A stretch of DNA of 63,445 nucleotides, filler included, from Bipalium vagum (GCA_037834085.1; 3 parts of 3 records of this genome joined end to end with filler, not necessarily neighbours in it), one strand, 5' to 3'. Positions 12,297 through 25,462 are shown, counted from the whole stretch's first letter. Numbers and translations are program-made. The notes: generated by a model from the letters alone, not told the origin.

Positions 12297-14569
12297 TATA
12301 AAAATATTTGGAACAACAGATGCAAATGATTTAAAAACATAACAAAATTAACAAACCGCCAGGAGCAGGTAAAATAACTGAAATATCTTTTTTTCCAAAA
12401 ATGAACGAACTAATATTACATATACATAAGAAATATTATAAGAGAATTTTATATTATATACTTAACGGGTGCAGAATAAGGAAATGTAAATCTTTAAGAG
12501 AAGTTTGACATCAATTGGATAATTATAAATTATTATCATTAAAAGAATTTTAAAAAGAGTAAATCCAGTTTGCTATTAAAACTGTTTAATATTGAATCTC
12601 CTTGATATCTCTCTATTGCCAAAACCCTTTGTCGAAAGGAATCAGTGGTCTGTGAATCATATTTATTCAAATTTTTGTAATTGATTTTTTTTTCAAAAAG
12701 TTGTGCACCGTTTCGAAAATTTTTGCTTCGTCCCAATAATATAATCAAGGCAACTAAATATGATGAATTATGTATGTGGCAAATTATTCGGAGAAATAAT
12801 TAAAATTACTATCTTTTTAAAAGCTGCATCTTTTTTTCGTTTGTCTGACAGCTGACATTATCCAGCTCAATGATAAAATTGGTTCCAGTTGGTAACCTTC
12901 CATATTTAACATAGGTTGAAAGCATATTTTCTTTTTAAAATCTTTTCTTTAATGTTTTTTGTAGGCATTTATAATATAATTGAAAATTTTACTTTCCTAG
13001 CTGACCTCAATCATATTGGTTGTTTTTTCTAGGATTCAAGCAATAATCAACACAGTAAAAACCAGTAAGCTTTTTTGATATCACAATAAAAATCATAAAA
13101 TTCAGTAGATGCAATCGCTTAACAAAAGTCACTAAATGTTCAGTTTTGTTTGTCAGAACAAAAGAGTAGTTCAACAGTGATCACTAATAAGATTGTTAAC
13201 AAAACTCAAACCTACCCAATTATCAATCAATTAAAATGTGCAAATATGATATATGAACAATAATTGAAAACAAATATTACTGAAAAATCAGATTAACTAA
13301 TCGACTGACAAGATAGAGTTAAAGATAAATAAAATAATTAAATTACAAAGAAATAAAAGATATAACTGGTATAAAGATGGGTTCCTGGGCCGGCAATCAA
13401 TATCTTAGGGATCAAAGTGCAATCCTGCTAAACCATTGAAAAACAAAAAGATTTTTTCCAAAATGAGTTTCTGTTCAACAATTCTTCACCAAGTTTTTCA
13501 ATGCAAAATCTTTTTCGACAAATCTCGGTAACCAAACAAAAAGAAAAACTATGAACTTTTTATAATGATTTGCGCGGTAAGCCTTCCAACCCGGCTGTTG
13601 GCTGTCAAAAATTGAACCTTATAAGCAACAAAATGATTCTGCTTCATTGTATAAAAAGAAATTATAGAGTATTAGAGGGTCAATGAAGAGAATAAAGAAT
13701 TGTAAGAAATTGTTAAATCTCCATATAATATATTTGGTTAAAATTCTATTGTAGTACCCCAAGGTCATTTTTGTTTATTTATTCTAAATAGATTATTATG
13801 TGACTGTGTAACTTTAAATAATTTAGAAAATTTTTAAAATCTACTAAATTTTTGATAAAATTCACATTTTGACATAGAAATTTGTAAATATATCTTTGAT
13901 AAAATTAGATGGGTAAAAAACTAATCACATATTCTCTTTACCGTTAATCGATGAACTAACATGTAAATCACGATAATAAAATAGTGATCAACCACAAGAT
14001 CTGGAAATTATGGTGAAATAACCCAGGTCCCAAGGTTTTGGAATTAATGTCGATTTTGTTTCCATTTTTGATTTTTAATCGAAGAAATTTTTTATATGGC
14101 TTGGTTTTTCCGCATAAAGACAATCATAAATTGTTTCCATGAACTAGAATCTTTTTTATTGTTCATTTTAAAAAGATGTTTACGAAAGTCTACATGTTTA
14201 TCTATCATAAATAAGCAGTTAGGATTGCTACAATGATAAATTTTCTTTCTTCCTATCTGACTGATTTTTTAATTAGGAACCATAATATTATTTGGAATAT
14301 CTAATGAGCAAATATTGCATAAGTTTTTATTTGTTGAAGCTATAACTTGAATATCATCTCTAAAAGTTTTAATTTTAATATTGTAACTAAATTAAAAAAT
14401 TATAAAGATATTAAAATTTTTAAATATTAAAAGGACATGACTGGAGGAAAATTGGTTTTCACATCGTTTTCAGTCTAGTGTATTCAACTTGATCCCCTAA
14501 ATAAAGCTCTCAGTGCTCTATTAGTTAATAGAAAAGGGAAATAAACGGAAATAAATAGTTAATGAAAAG

Positions 14570-15200
14570 GAGAGAAAGAAGACATCCCTGATGGAGATTA
14601 TGAGTTTGCAATACAGCAATGGCTGTTCGGGGCAGAAATGATTGACGAATCGCAGGAAATCGGAAAACTTCTATTTAATGGAATAGTAAAACTTCTAGAA
14701 TCACAATAAAATACAAATCAGAGTTGCCTAAACGAAATTTGGGATTACTCTTCAACAATTACTCTTCTGAAACTACTTTAAATTGAATATAAAACAAGAT
14801 AGCAATGCCACCGTACATTCTCTACTGAAATAATATCGTTTTTATGGTGTTCCGGAAAGATATGCTCTTTCCATGATCATTTCCTGACTAAGATTAGACC
14901 CGTTGCTTCGAACAATATTTTATATAGAAAACCCTTTGACTGTGAATAACACTAAATTCACAGTGCTTGACTATGCTGACGACCTAGTTATCTTAGAGAT
15001 CATCTCTAAACAAATTAAATTAATTATAGATAATCTCGTCGAGCTAACTAATAAAAATTATTTAAAATTTAAACCACCTAGGTGTGGATATTATTCAAAT
15101 AAAAAATTGAAAACAGATTAGATTTCAAATTATATGATAATATTATTCCAAAGATTGAAGAAGATAATACTTATTCTTAGAAGTCCCATTTGGCTAACTT
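14570..15200 (+). mobile_element. Non-LTR (LINE) reverse transcriptase relic
   Basis: GVPERYALS..LDPLLR followed by LDYADDLVIL and LKFKPPRC (ORF 14903-15121). Confidence 0.7.
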
Positions 15201-16339
15201 AACTGAGCAGAAAACAAGCTTTTTGAGGAAAAATGTGTCAAATCAATTTGAAATCAGCTTTGAAAATTAGATTCAAATAAGGGGACCCAAAAATTGGTTA
15301 CTATTTCACAGAAAGTAACATTATTTTATGACGTGAATTTATCGTTTGTCTCTATGCATAATTTAATCACTTGTTTCTCTTTATTTATTATTTCATTATA
15401 AAGATTCTAAATTCAAAATATTTTCATACGAATATAGTGGATAATAAAAATTTTAAATGAGAATTCTAATACAAACATGTACTCGTAGTAATAAAATTGT
15501 AATCGAATCACTCAGGCTAAAAAAAATAAATGAAAATATAATCTTACTTACCTTAAATAATGATCAGTTAAATTGGTTTCTCTCTAATCAATGTCTATAA
15601 AGGATGAGAATGATGATTAAAACAATAAATAAAAATAATTTACTTTTCATAAAATAAATTAGTTTCAAATAAAAATAAACGATATCATTACGATATTGAT
15701 TATCATCATTCATTTTCATTATTAAAAAAAACATTTTTAACTACTTTTAAAAATGCCAAAAAATATTCATGTAATAAGTGTCGCTTGCAATTTTATGTCA
15801 GATAAATTATTTTGTGATATGGGAAACGATAATATAACAGTTTATTGAATATAATGAAGTCAAAGTAATAATTTCATAAAAGTACCAGTACACAAAACTT
15901 ATATGATCGGTGTTATCAACTATTACAACAATTACAACATCATTGTGTGAGTGATGAAATGGATGTGGCTTTCTCCATTCTTAATTGAATGAAGGCACTT
16001 TAAAGCTCCCCTCTCGTTGGCTATCAAAAACAATTCATTGCAGAAAAATAAACAACGATTTTAGCACAACTAAATTTCGCGACCACGCCAGAAACCAATG
16101 GAATACTTTTAACTGTACAATTTCAAACCCAGATAAGCTAGTGATTGGGTCTCATCAACAGTTGAGAAAATAATTGACCAATGTACCAAAGATACACTAA
16201 CTTCAACTGCTAATCGGCTCTGCTCCCACCGTGCTCCACCCTCTTAAATTGACGATTGTAACACTACACTCACCATTATTATTTCGTATTTAATTATTCA
16301 TTCCTAATTATCGAATCCAATCCGGCCTCTGGAATGAAA

Positions 16340-16865
16340 TTATTTTTACTGAGAAATGTAGATTAGAACTACTCTCAAGGATTCAGATATAGTCATAAAT
16401 ATACCACGAAAACTGTGAAATTCCGAAATAATAGTTTAATGGTTTTTTTTTTATAAAAGAATATGGCACCAGAATTCTAATAATGTGACCCGATCGCATG
16501 GATTCTTTTGCCTATCAGAATGTATTAAAGAAAGAGTTACTACCAATATATGAGTCACAAAATAGATTTCAGCAGGACGGAGCTCCATGCCATAAATCAA
16601 GATTCTTTGATAAGTTAAAATTATGTTTACTCAGTAATTGACCAGCTCAGTACTAGATCTAAGTATAATTGAGCTGTTATGGGTTGATGTTAAGCCAGGG
16701 TTGTTAGCTGTAAACCGGTCAATATTGAGACACTTTGGAGGATTTCGGAGGAGCAGTGAGCAATCATTCTAGTTTCTAAAATAAAAAATTTGTATGAAAG
16801 CATGCCAAGAAGGAATAAGGAGGTAATAAAAAAAGTAAAGACATGAATACAAGTCATTGATTTTA
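16340..16865 (+). mobile_element. Tc1-like DDE transposase relic
   Basis: FQQDGAPCHKSR and a decayed WPxQSxDLxIIExLW. Confidence 0.7.
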
Positions 16866-17091
16866 AGTAAGATAAGGCTTTTCTGGGGTAATCCACGCCA
16901 AAACAATCCGGTTTCGTCTAAATTCCAAATGTTGCATGGTTCATACCCATGTGTAATATTTGGCAAACAGTGTACAGGTTTTCAATTAACACAGGTGACA
17001 ATAACTTATATTTACAGTGTACGGAATTAAATGTTCAATCAAAAGAGGTGTTCAGCTAACAAAGGTGTTCATTTATACAGGTTTCAGTGTA
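16866..17091 (-). mobile_element. pogo/Tigger transposase fragment with terminal sub-repeats
   Basis: NIWNLDETGLFWRGLPQKSL; adjacent repeated AGGTGTTCA units ending in ...GTTTCAGTG-TA. Confidence 0.65.
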
Positions 17092-17998
17092 TGTCTAATT
17101 AGACTACTTATTGATATGCGTAACATATCTGTAAATTTTAAAAAATATGTTTCATTGTCTTACAATCTTGTGTTTAAAATAACTAACAACATCATGTTTT
17201 CCAAAATTTAAGTTTTTTACAATTGAAAAAATTTTACTTTCAAAATTTTTTTGTTGAAAAATGTGCTTTAACATATTCTCTAATATATTTAATATAGTTT
17301 AGATTAAGGTACTTATGATTATGTATTTCCATCATTTATGTAAATTGGGTGACTCCAAACTTATGGATGACATTATATTAACAATTATTGTATGTTAGTA
17401 TGAATTGTTAGATGTAACACCGGAATTACTTGTTTTATATTTATCTTTAAAAACGGATAAGGTAAATATTCTAATAAAATATTAAAAATATAAATACAAT
17501 ATAATTTTATAATTATTTATACTGCAATAACTACTACTATAAAAGAATCCAATAATAAAAAAGTTGAACCTTTGTACATTTTTAAAAGGGGACCCAATAT
17601 TTTAGCACTTATTTATTTTGATTACTTTTTTATTGTATTCTTTGAGGCATGTAAATAGATATTTAGAGAAACCTAACATTTAGTTATTTTTTAAATGAAA
17701 AAACTTTCTATTGCAGACTTAATAAAAATTTTCTAGAATGAAAATATTATAAATTATATTTTTCAAAATTATATAAAATGAAGAGTAAAATATATTAAGT
17801 TCTTCAATTCATGCTTTAACGAAAATGTATAAAATTAATCTTAATTATAACGATTAGTAAATGTTTTTTTATTATTAGATTAGTAATTGTTACGCAAATT
17901 TTTCCATAAGACTTTTTCATAATTTTTTTATATAATTTATAGATAGTCATCCTTATTTCTTTAATCAAAAAAGATATTAATAAACTAAAATAAACATT

Positions 17999-19447
17999 AT
18001 GTGTTTTAATGAATCAAATAAATCATTTCTAAAGAATATCTTTTTTGATTATTACAATAACTCATTTATCGAAGTTTACAAATATTTTGTGAATATGGAA
18101 AATAGTAAAGAGTATGTTGATGGCGATGACTATGGCAAAGTCTTGGAAGCAAATTTAAAAATTCATGTAACAAATTTCTTTAAGACATTTTTCATTCATC
18201 ACGAAGGAGCAAGTGTAACCAGCTTGATCTCATTTAGTCTAAACGATCAGTCAAAGGATTACTTTGTAAAAGTAGATTTGACATCAACGAAAAATAAAAT
18301 TCTGACATCAAATAACTCTTATCAATCTGAAGTCGTCAGTGAGTCGTCTATCAAAGAAAACTACAAACCAGTCAATGTCATCAAAACTGAAATGGTTGAC
18401 AATCCCATCAACAATAAACTGTCAGCAAATCAAAAAAATTTTGACAACGAGTTCAAGAACATTTTTTTGTCCAACAACACATGTGATTTGAAAATAATTC
18501 CCAAGAGTGACAGAAGAAAATCCAAAAGACCTCAGCGAAAAATTATCGAAAACACCAACGAAACGTCTGACTTTATAGCCAAATCGAAGATTCAAAAGTT
18601 GATATATACCAATGTTAATTGCAGCAAAGTTATCGTCAAGTCCGAAGAAGCAGAAAACCATGAAAACTATGAAAACAGTAACAAGGATAAGCCGGACAAA
18701 GAGACTTCCAATTCCATAATAATAAGCAACGATCACAAGATCTTGCCCAGTATTCTTGCTCTTAATGGCATTTCCGGCGACAATAGCATCCTCATGTCTC
18801 CATCCAATGGTCTGACGATCCTCAGTCCCAATGCATACAACATTCTACGATCTGTCGGCTCACTGACGGTTGCAGCCCAATCGAATTCCATTCCGTTTCT
18901 GAACACGTGCGTCAATGTACCCGGCAACGCTACCCCGTCCAATGGAATGACCAAGAATAAGGGGCTGGTAATATCGTCCTCGAACATTGCCTCGATCTCC
19001 ATCAACCAGCCGATCTCTCAGGCCGTCTCCAATAACAATAACAATAACAACCTGTCTCTCATCTCCACTGATTCCAGCGCAGCCACTCCAGCCACGTCCA
19101 TCAGCACTGCCTCGACCCAGAACTCGTTGCGCGCCATCTCCACGATCACAACGTCGAGACAATCCGTTCCGTCCCAGGTGGTCCAAGCGCACAGCTCCAA
19201 GCTTTATAAATGTCGATATTGCTGCAAAACATTCAATCGCAAATTCTGCCGGGAGCGTCACGAACGATTGCACACGGGCATCAAGCCATACACCTGCGAA
19301 ATTTGCAACGACAAATTCATCAGGCTAGAGGACAAGAAACGCCACGTCCGATCGACCCACAACGGTCGTGACTCGTCGACAGAACTCAACAACGGGAGCT
19401 ATTTGTCGCGAAGCAATTCTCCGGAAACACCGTCAACGAAAATCTAG
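17999..19447 (+). CDS. Intronless C2H2 zinc-finger protein (two fingers); likely start at 18095 (MENSK) or 17999
   Basis: 482-aa ORF; YKCRYCCKTFNRKFCRERHERLH-TGIKP-YTCEICNDKFIRLEDKKRHVRSTH; S/N/T-rich low-complexity middle; basic RRKSKRPQRK NLS-like patch. Confidence 0.9.
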   Translation: MCFNESNKSFLKNIFFDYYNNSFIEVYKYFVNMENSKEYVDGDDYGKVLEANLKIHVTNFFKTFFIHHEGASVTSLISFSLNDQSKDYFVKVDLTSTKNKILTSNNSYQSEVVSESSIKENYKPVNVIKTEMVDNPINNKLSANQKNFDNEFKNIFLSNNTCDLKIIPKSDRRKSKRPQRKIIENTNETSDFIAKSKIQKLIYTNVNCSKVIVKSEEAENHENYENSNKDKPDKETSNSIIISNDHKILPSILALNGISGDNSILMSPSNGLTILSPNAYNILRSVGSLTVAAQSNSIPFLNTCVNVPGNATPSNGMTKNKGLVISSSNIASISINQPISQAVSNNNNNNNLSLISTDSSAATPATSISTASTQNSLRAISTITTSRQSVPSQVVQAHSSKLYKCRYCCKTFNRKFCRERHERLHTGIKPYTCEICNDKFIRLEDKKRHVRSTHNGRDSSTELNNGSYLSRSNSPETPSTKI

Positions 19448-19706
19448 AGAACAATGATGACCATGATATGATGATGACTTTTATCTCAAATCGATATTTT
19501 ATTTCACTGGGTTCTGAAAAAATAATGTGTTTTTGTGAAATTGTCCCATTTGTAATTGTGTGTTGATGTACAATTTTATCGATTATGTTAAATAAATTAT
19601 TATTCCTTTGACTTCTAATTTGGTGTGGAAAATAAAAGAAATACAACGGGTTTTGGAAATGGTTAAAACTATTATATTCCTCAACAAACAAATTCAACTG
19701 CCACCC

Positions 19707-19719
19707 GTTGCCAGGCAAC
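19707..19719. promoter_or_regulatory. RFX X-box-like palindrome
   Basis: GTTGCCAGGCAAC matches the GTNRCC-N(0-3)-RGYAAC consensus. Confidence 0.45.
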
Positions 19720-19894
19720 TGGAATAGATGAATCAGATGGCATCCCTTTGGGAGCTGTACCTGTGCTTGCACACACACACTCACATCAAGAATCTTTATT
19801 TTGTAAAGACAGTGCAAAAAAAAGTTTTCCAAGTTGCTTTTGTTTTCCAATTTCGGTCTTTGTAACACAGAGAAAAAAAACCACCAAGAAAAAA

Positions 19895-20015
19895 CGAACG
19901 ACGATGACCACAACGACGACGACGACGACGACGATGATGATGATAACAACAACAACAACGACAACCAGCAACAAACAACAAACGACGACAACAACAGAAA
20001 CAACCACAGCCACCA
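19895..20015. repeat. Compound (ACG)/(ATG)/(ACA) triplet microsatellite downstream of the ZNF stop
   Basis: Runs of acg, atg and aca triplets; these explain the spurious overlapping poly-S/T/V/D/R ORFs. Confidence 0.9.
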
Positions 20016-22341
20016 TCGCTGAACAATGTTCAATCATAACAACACACAAATTTTGAGACTGTTTCAGTCGCGGTGTAGCCTAACAGAATACAAGCAAAGA
20101 AAAACGAAAGAGAATAAAGGAAAACATTTTCCCTTGATTATGCGCAAGAGGAGATTGAATCACACCATTGAGTCGACTACACAAACCGAAATACGGGTTT
20201 TAGCACATCGAAGTATACAAATTTTTTGCAGGAAATTAATTGCAGGTCATGCAGAGCACTATGCAGCTGACGAGAGAGAATATTTTTCACTACACGAAGA
20301 AGCACAGCTTTATTATCGATGAGAAGACGGTTTGATTTTTGTTACAGACTACTTTCGCTTGAACACAATTCATCTGTTAGGTAATAATGATAATAGAACA
20401 GAAAATATACCCAGTTGAAAAAAAGAAAACATCTCTCACTCACCTAGATTTGACTTCGATGTAAAAATCAATCGAAGAATTTACACGCCTACATTGTTGC
20501 TTATTGTAATTATGAGAGAGTGCTGTTCGCAATTTTAGTTTATTTTTATCCCGAAAAATAATTTTTGAATTATTTTCTGTAATAATAACGATTTTTATTG
20601 ATAAATAATTCACGATAATTCAATAAAAACAAATTGATAAAATCTTGGAGAAAAACCCTCTTTTTTCATTTTAAAAAAGAAGTTCTCGTGATTTATCAGT
20701 GCCGTTTATATTTAATTTGAATTTTTTTATTATTATGATTGTTTTTTATTTTTAGAATAATTGATAATTTTTTTTAGTAATACTTTATAAAAAAAAAGTA
20801 AAAATCAATTTTTAAAAAATCAGTTTATTTAAAACATAACCTATTGGAAAATTATTTCATTGGTAAATTTTTATGAAATTAAAAAAAATAGATTTTAATA
20901 CTTCAAAAATTATATATTGGCAATCTTATTTCAATTGACACAAAAACGCAACAGTAACAGATACCGTAACTTAGGAAACCGAAACCGGGCCCATTTGATT
21001 TGTAAATATTCAGTGTTTTTTTTTCATCTTATCACTATTTTAATCAAAAATGGAAGTAATTTTTTCTGGTGAAATGGAATTCAGTGTGAAATTCATTTGT
21101 TTTCCTTTTCTCAAAGTGAATCATGATTGATATTTGCAAAATATGCTTCGGTTTGGAATGTAACACGTCTCAAAATCATTGCTAGGCAACAAAAGCACAA
21201 CTCAGCAGAGGGATAAAGAAAAAGAAACTGACGCAGCTTTTGGGCATTGGGTGGTAGACAGCAATGTTATGTGCTTGGCCAAAGGAAAATAATTCACTGC
21301 TGAGTCTGTATGAGAGAAGTGCAAGCACTCGCTCATTTTTCCTTCTCCCAGATGTAAACGTAATTTCTGGGATAGCACACGTTCTTCCTTCACTCACAAA
21401 ATTACCCATGGCTGCATCCAATAAAATTTATTATGCATTTTGAGCTGCTCACATGGTGTTGTCAGATTCACAATAATGAATTAAATTATTATTTGGATGC
21501 AGAGTCGATTTGGGTTTTCACTTGGATTTTATTTTCCACTTTTCGATGTTTATTATTGTTATTAATTAGTATTTATGTTGCTCGTTATTTCAATGAATCC
21601 TAAATCACCATTAATCTATGATAGCAATGTGAAATAATCTTGTTTTACGAAACGAATATTTGAGAGAAATCATGACCAAGTGCAGAATGATTCGTTTGTC
21701 GATTTCAGATACATAAAAGTTGTTAGTAAATTTTTGCTCAGGTGAACACACCATCAAATCAAGCTCAAAATTATTTTCCTTTTTATTATTTACAACATAA
21801 CTAATGAAAGTCGTAATAAATCTATTATAGATCAATTAATAAAATTGAATTTTTATGTGGAAAAAGATATTACACTTTGAAACCCTTCTCCTAAAAAATG
21901 TAAATCATTTAAACGGACTTGTGGTGAATTTCTAACTAAATTTTTCGGTTTTCTTAAATAAGATATTTGCAAGGTTAAATTCAATAATAACACTACTACT
22001 AGTACTACTACTATAAACCCTTCATATTTAAATTTCTCAAAAAAGAATTATAATCTCCCAAATTCAGACCCTTAAATTAAACAATAACAAAATTGGATAT
22101 TAATAATTTTTTACACATTAATATATTTTATTGATCATTAATTCAATTGGAGAATTTAAATTAACAAAACATAAAATAACTACATCTGATAAATTTATTG
22201 AACTCAAGAGAAAAATTAATATAAATTTGAAAGCAATGTAACGAACAGGGTCTATTATAAACTCAAAGTACAATACAAATTCAATACAAGGTTTTATCAG
22301 ATAAAATAATGAAATCGAGAAGCAACTTTTATTTATATTAT

Positions 22342-25300
22342 TCACCAAACACAAGAAAAGGAGTCTCGTTCATTCCGGTACAGTGATGGATTCGTTAGAG
22401 GATATAGCAAAACAGTCCATCCAATTAGTCCGACAAAATAACAAAATATCAAAAGATATCGTATTCCACGATTCTCGTGCGTAAAAGCCTCGACGAAATT
22501 CGGGAATCCCATCGCATTACAGAAGGCGTGCACCACAATGGCGGACAAAATGTTTCCTGAAAAAAAGTTTGAAAAAATGAGTTCAGTTGGACAATTTATC
22601 TCAATTTCTAACACTACTCACAAATAGTTAGTAACATACCAACGTATAAAATAATAAAAAATCTTTCTCTCATTCGTCGTTGACATAATAAATAGCGATT
22701 AATATCAAATGAAATCTTTTCGAAGTCGTTATAAATTATCTGTAACGGTAAACAACATAAGTAACATCATTAATTACTTGTTAATATAAATAAATTTTAA
22801 ATTAAAGCTAATTTCACTTAAATAGATAAAAATATTTTAAAAATTATCAATATTAATTAAATTGTTATCAATAATTATTGGCTCAAAAATAAATATTGAT
22901 TAGTAAAAGTATTTTTAATAATAAATTATTGATTGATTAATATTTTTTAAATATCAATAGTTTAATTAAAAATTATGATGAATTAATAATTGATTACTAA
23001 AAAATTAATACTAGCTATTAATAATTTGATAAAAAATGATTATTGATTAATTTAGTGTAGAGAAGATAAAGTGAATTCGGTCTTTGTTCCCACTCATTTG
23101 ATTGAGGCTATTTTAAACAAAAATTATTCAATACTTGAGCACAGAAAGGAAGCTTTGTCTGACTTAAAATGTTCAAGTAAACGTTTTGATGAGTTCCTCT
23201 AACTCAATCTGTTTCTCTTTCCTTCGTTCCCTCTCTCTCTCTCGTCGTTTCAATGTACCTGTGAACCGAACGCTAATTCCAAACACGTGAACAGAGAGTC
23301 TTTATGTTTCACCAAGAAGAAACATAAAGGATCCCTGTCAAACTATTAATTCCGACTTTCGCTGTGACGGGAACCGGTAGTGAGACGAAAACGAAGCAAT
23401 TTCAACACACTACACAGACGGAGCCGGAAAATCACGTGATCACAATTTCTCATACTCTCAAAGATGACCGTGACACTCTGTGACTCACACGTCCATCTCC
23501 ATCGCCACTGTCCCATCACCGCTCTCGTCACTCAAGCTCAACACCATCGAGTTTTGCGATGAAGTGCACTTTGTTTTCCAGTGCTCATATAAACTGGTAA
23601 TTTCATAAAAATAATCCATCCGGCAAATCTTTCATATGCAAATCGATAAATAACGTTAAAAAGGATAATTTGAGCACATTTATATTCTTAATAAATCGAT
23701 TTTTTATTTATTCAATAAATTAATAATCAGCTCGAGATTTTTGTGTATCGATTTACAAAAAAGATTTCAATGATGCATTTGATAAATGAAAATTTGAGCA
23801 CATTTTAAAGAATCAATTTTTTTTATTAATAATTAATCAACAATTCATTCATTTTACGATATAAAATAATTGAATTAATACCAATTTCATTTAAGATGCT
23901 AACATAAAATAACATTCAAAATAAAATCGATAATTATTATAGAAATCAATAAAACAAGACAAAACGTGTGACTTAAAAAATAACTTTGAAAAAAGAATCA
24001 TTTTATTATTAAACCCCTAGTTTAATTTGTAAAATAAAATTATTTTTAAAGAAAAAAAAATCAGCTTTCAAATTATGACTGAAATTTAACTGTTATATAC
24101 TTTGAAGAAAAAGGAGCGAAAGAGAGCACCTACTAATCAATCACCAAAAATATGAAAAAAGATAATAGATACGATCTGGTATAATTATAACGAAAAATAT
24201 CGATTTCAGAAAAAATTTCATATTTCCTACTGGTTCAATAACTTTTTCACTATAATTCAGTTTTCTCATTAATTTTGTGATAATCGATAAATGTGCAAAT
24301 AAAAAAAAATAAAATTGTCTCCTAAATTCTAAAATTGAAAACAAATCGTCAGATCAGTTTTCGGTTTTTCAGAAGAATCAGAAAAAAATCAATTTCTTTA
24401 AGTGACCACAATTCGCCATTGTAATTTTTAACCAATCAAATTCAATTTTCGTTCTATATAACGCACACATAAAACTGAGAAATATTGAAATCAATTTGGT
24501 GACAGTTACCTGTTCTGAGAGTAAGGAAGCCGGAATAAATGCCGAAAATCGTCGTGTATGTCATCTGGAACACTGAAAAGAAAAAAACAATAGATTAATT
24601 TTTCCCGGATCCTGTTGTGATTGGCCATATAAAAATGAAGTTTTTACTGCACACAATCAGGGCATTGGAAAACGAGCTGCCTTCTCTCAACATTTCGATG
24701 ATGTGGTGTAAGTGAGCTGAAGATGAAAAGGATTACGGTCAAGTACGATTATCAGTCGAACGAAAATTTTTTACCGATTCCGAAAAAGATCGGTCCGATA
24801 AATATCGCCGTAACACATGACCATAATTTGCACAAATGAACGAGCAGAGCACTTCGGAAGATTATCTCTTCATTCAAAGGGGCAAAGAAAATATTTCTGG
24901 CCATATACAAATTCCATGGAGAGAGTATAATCGATTTTTTGAAATTGAAACGAAATTCTATCCATTACAATAAACCAGGACAGGGGGGATTCAAAGAGAG
25001 TACCTGTGATAAAGTACTGAATGATCGGTCCGAAAAACAATATCTGTTTAAAATAAGACGATATCGATTATCAATATACAATTGTTAATATGATCAAAAT
25101 AACCGTTACCGTGGTAATAAAAAGTGGAAGAATCAAAGACTCTATTACATTATCTAACCTGAAAAATAATTTTCTTAAAACTTCTCCATAGGAGCTCTAA
25201 AAGTTTATTAAATAATTTCCAGTCGATATAACTAACGTTTTTCATTGATAAAGTTTTCAAGTTTAATATTTCAAACAAAAGAATACACCCAGTAACGCTT

Positions 25301-25462
25301 GACATGGAAATTATCCTTCTCACTATTGTTTTCGGGTGATCTCTAAACTATGAAGTTAAGTTATATGGATATCATAACATACCTGGGTAGTTTCGTTGGA
25401 TAAATATAAAGTGAAGCTACACATATAATTGAATAGAAAAAACATAGAAATATGTCAAACAT
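22342..25462 (-). CDS. RCE1: CAAX prenyl protease 2; exons 25462-25383, 25342-25237, 25196-25110, 25043-25004, 24957-24775, 24716-24648, 24572-24510, 22556-22342
   Basis: All introns are GT-AG and phase-compatible. Spliced protein has SLYI..RDHP.TI.RR, RNIFFAPLNEEIIFRS, FFGIAHLHH, FQMTYTTIFG.YSGFL.LRTG and HAFCNAMGFP, the catalytic motifs of the Rce1/Abi family. Confidence 0.95.

Noticed and set aside
18422-19328. Overlapping antisense and alternate-frame ORFs within the ZNF gene
   Set aside because: Shadow ORFs expected from the GC-richer codon usage; no recognisable motifs.
19410-19570. Frameshift or readthrough extension of the ZNF C-terminus (ENLENNDDHD in another frame)
   Set aside because: No slippery site or splice support seen; the in-frame TAG gives a plausible end. 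Raw reads would be needed to test it.
19386-20056. Poly-S/T/V/D/R ORFs in five frames
   Set aside because: Products of the compound triplet microsatellite.
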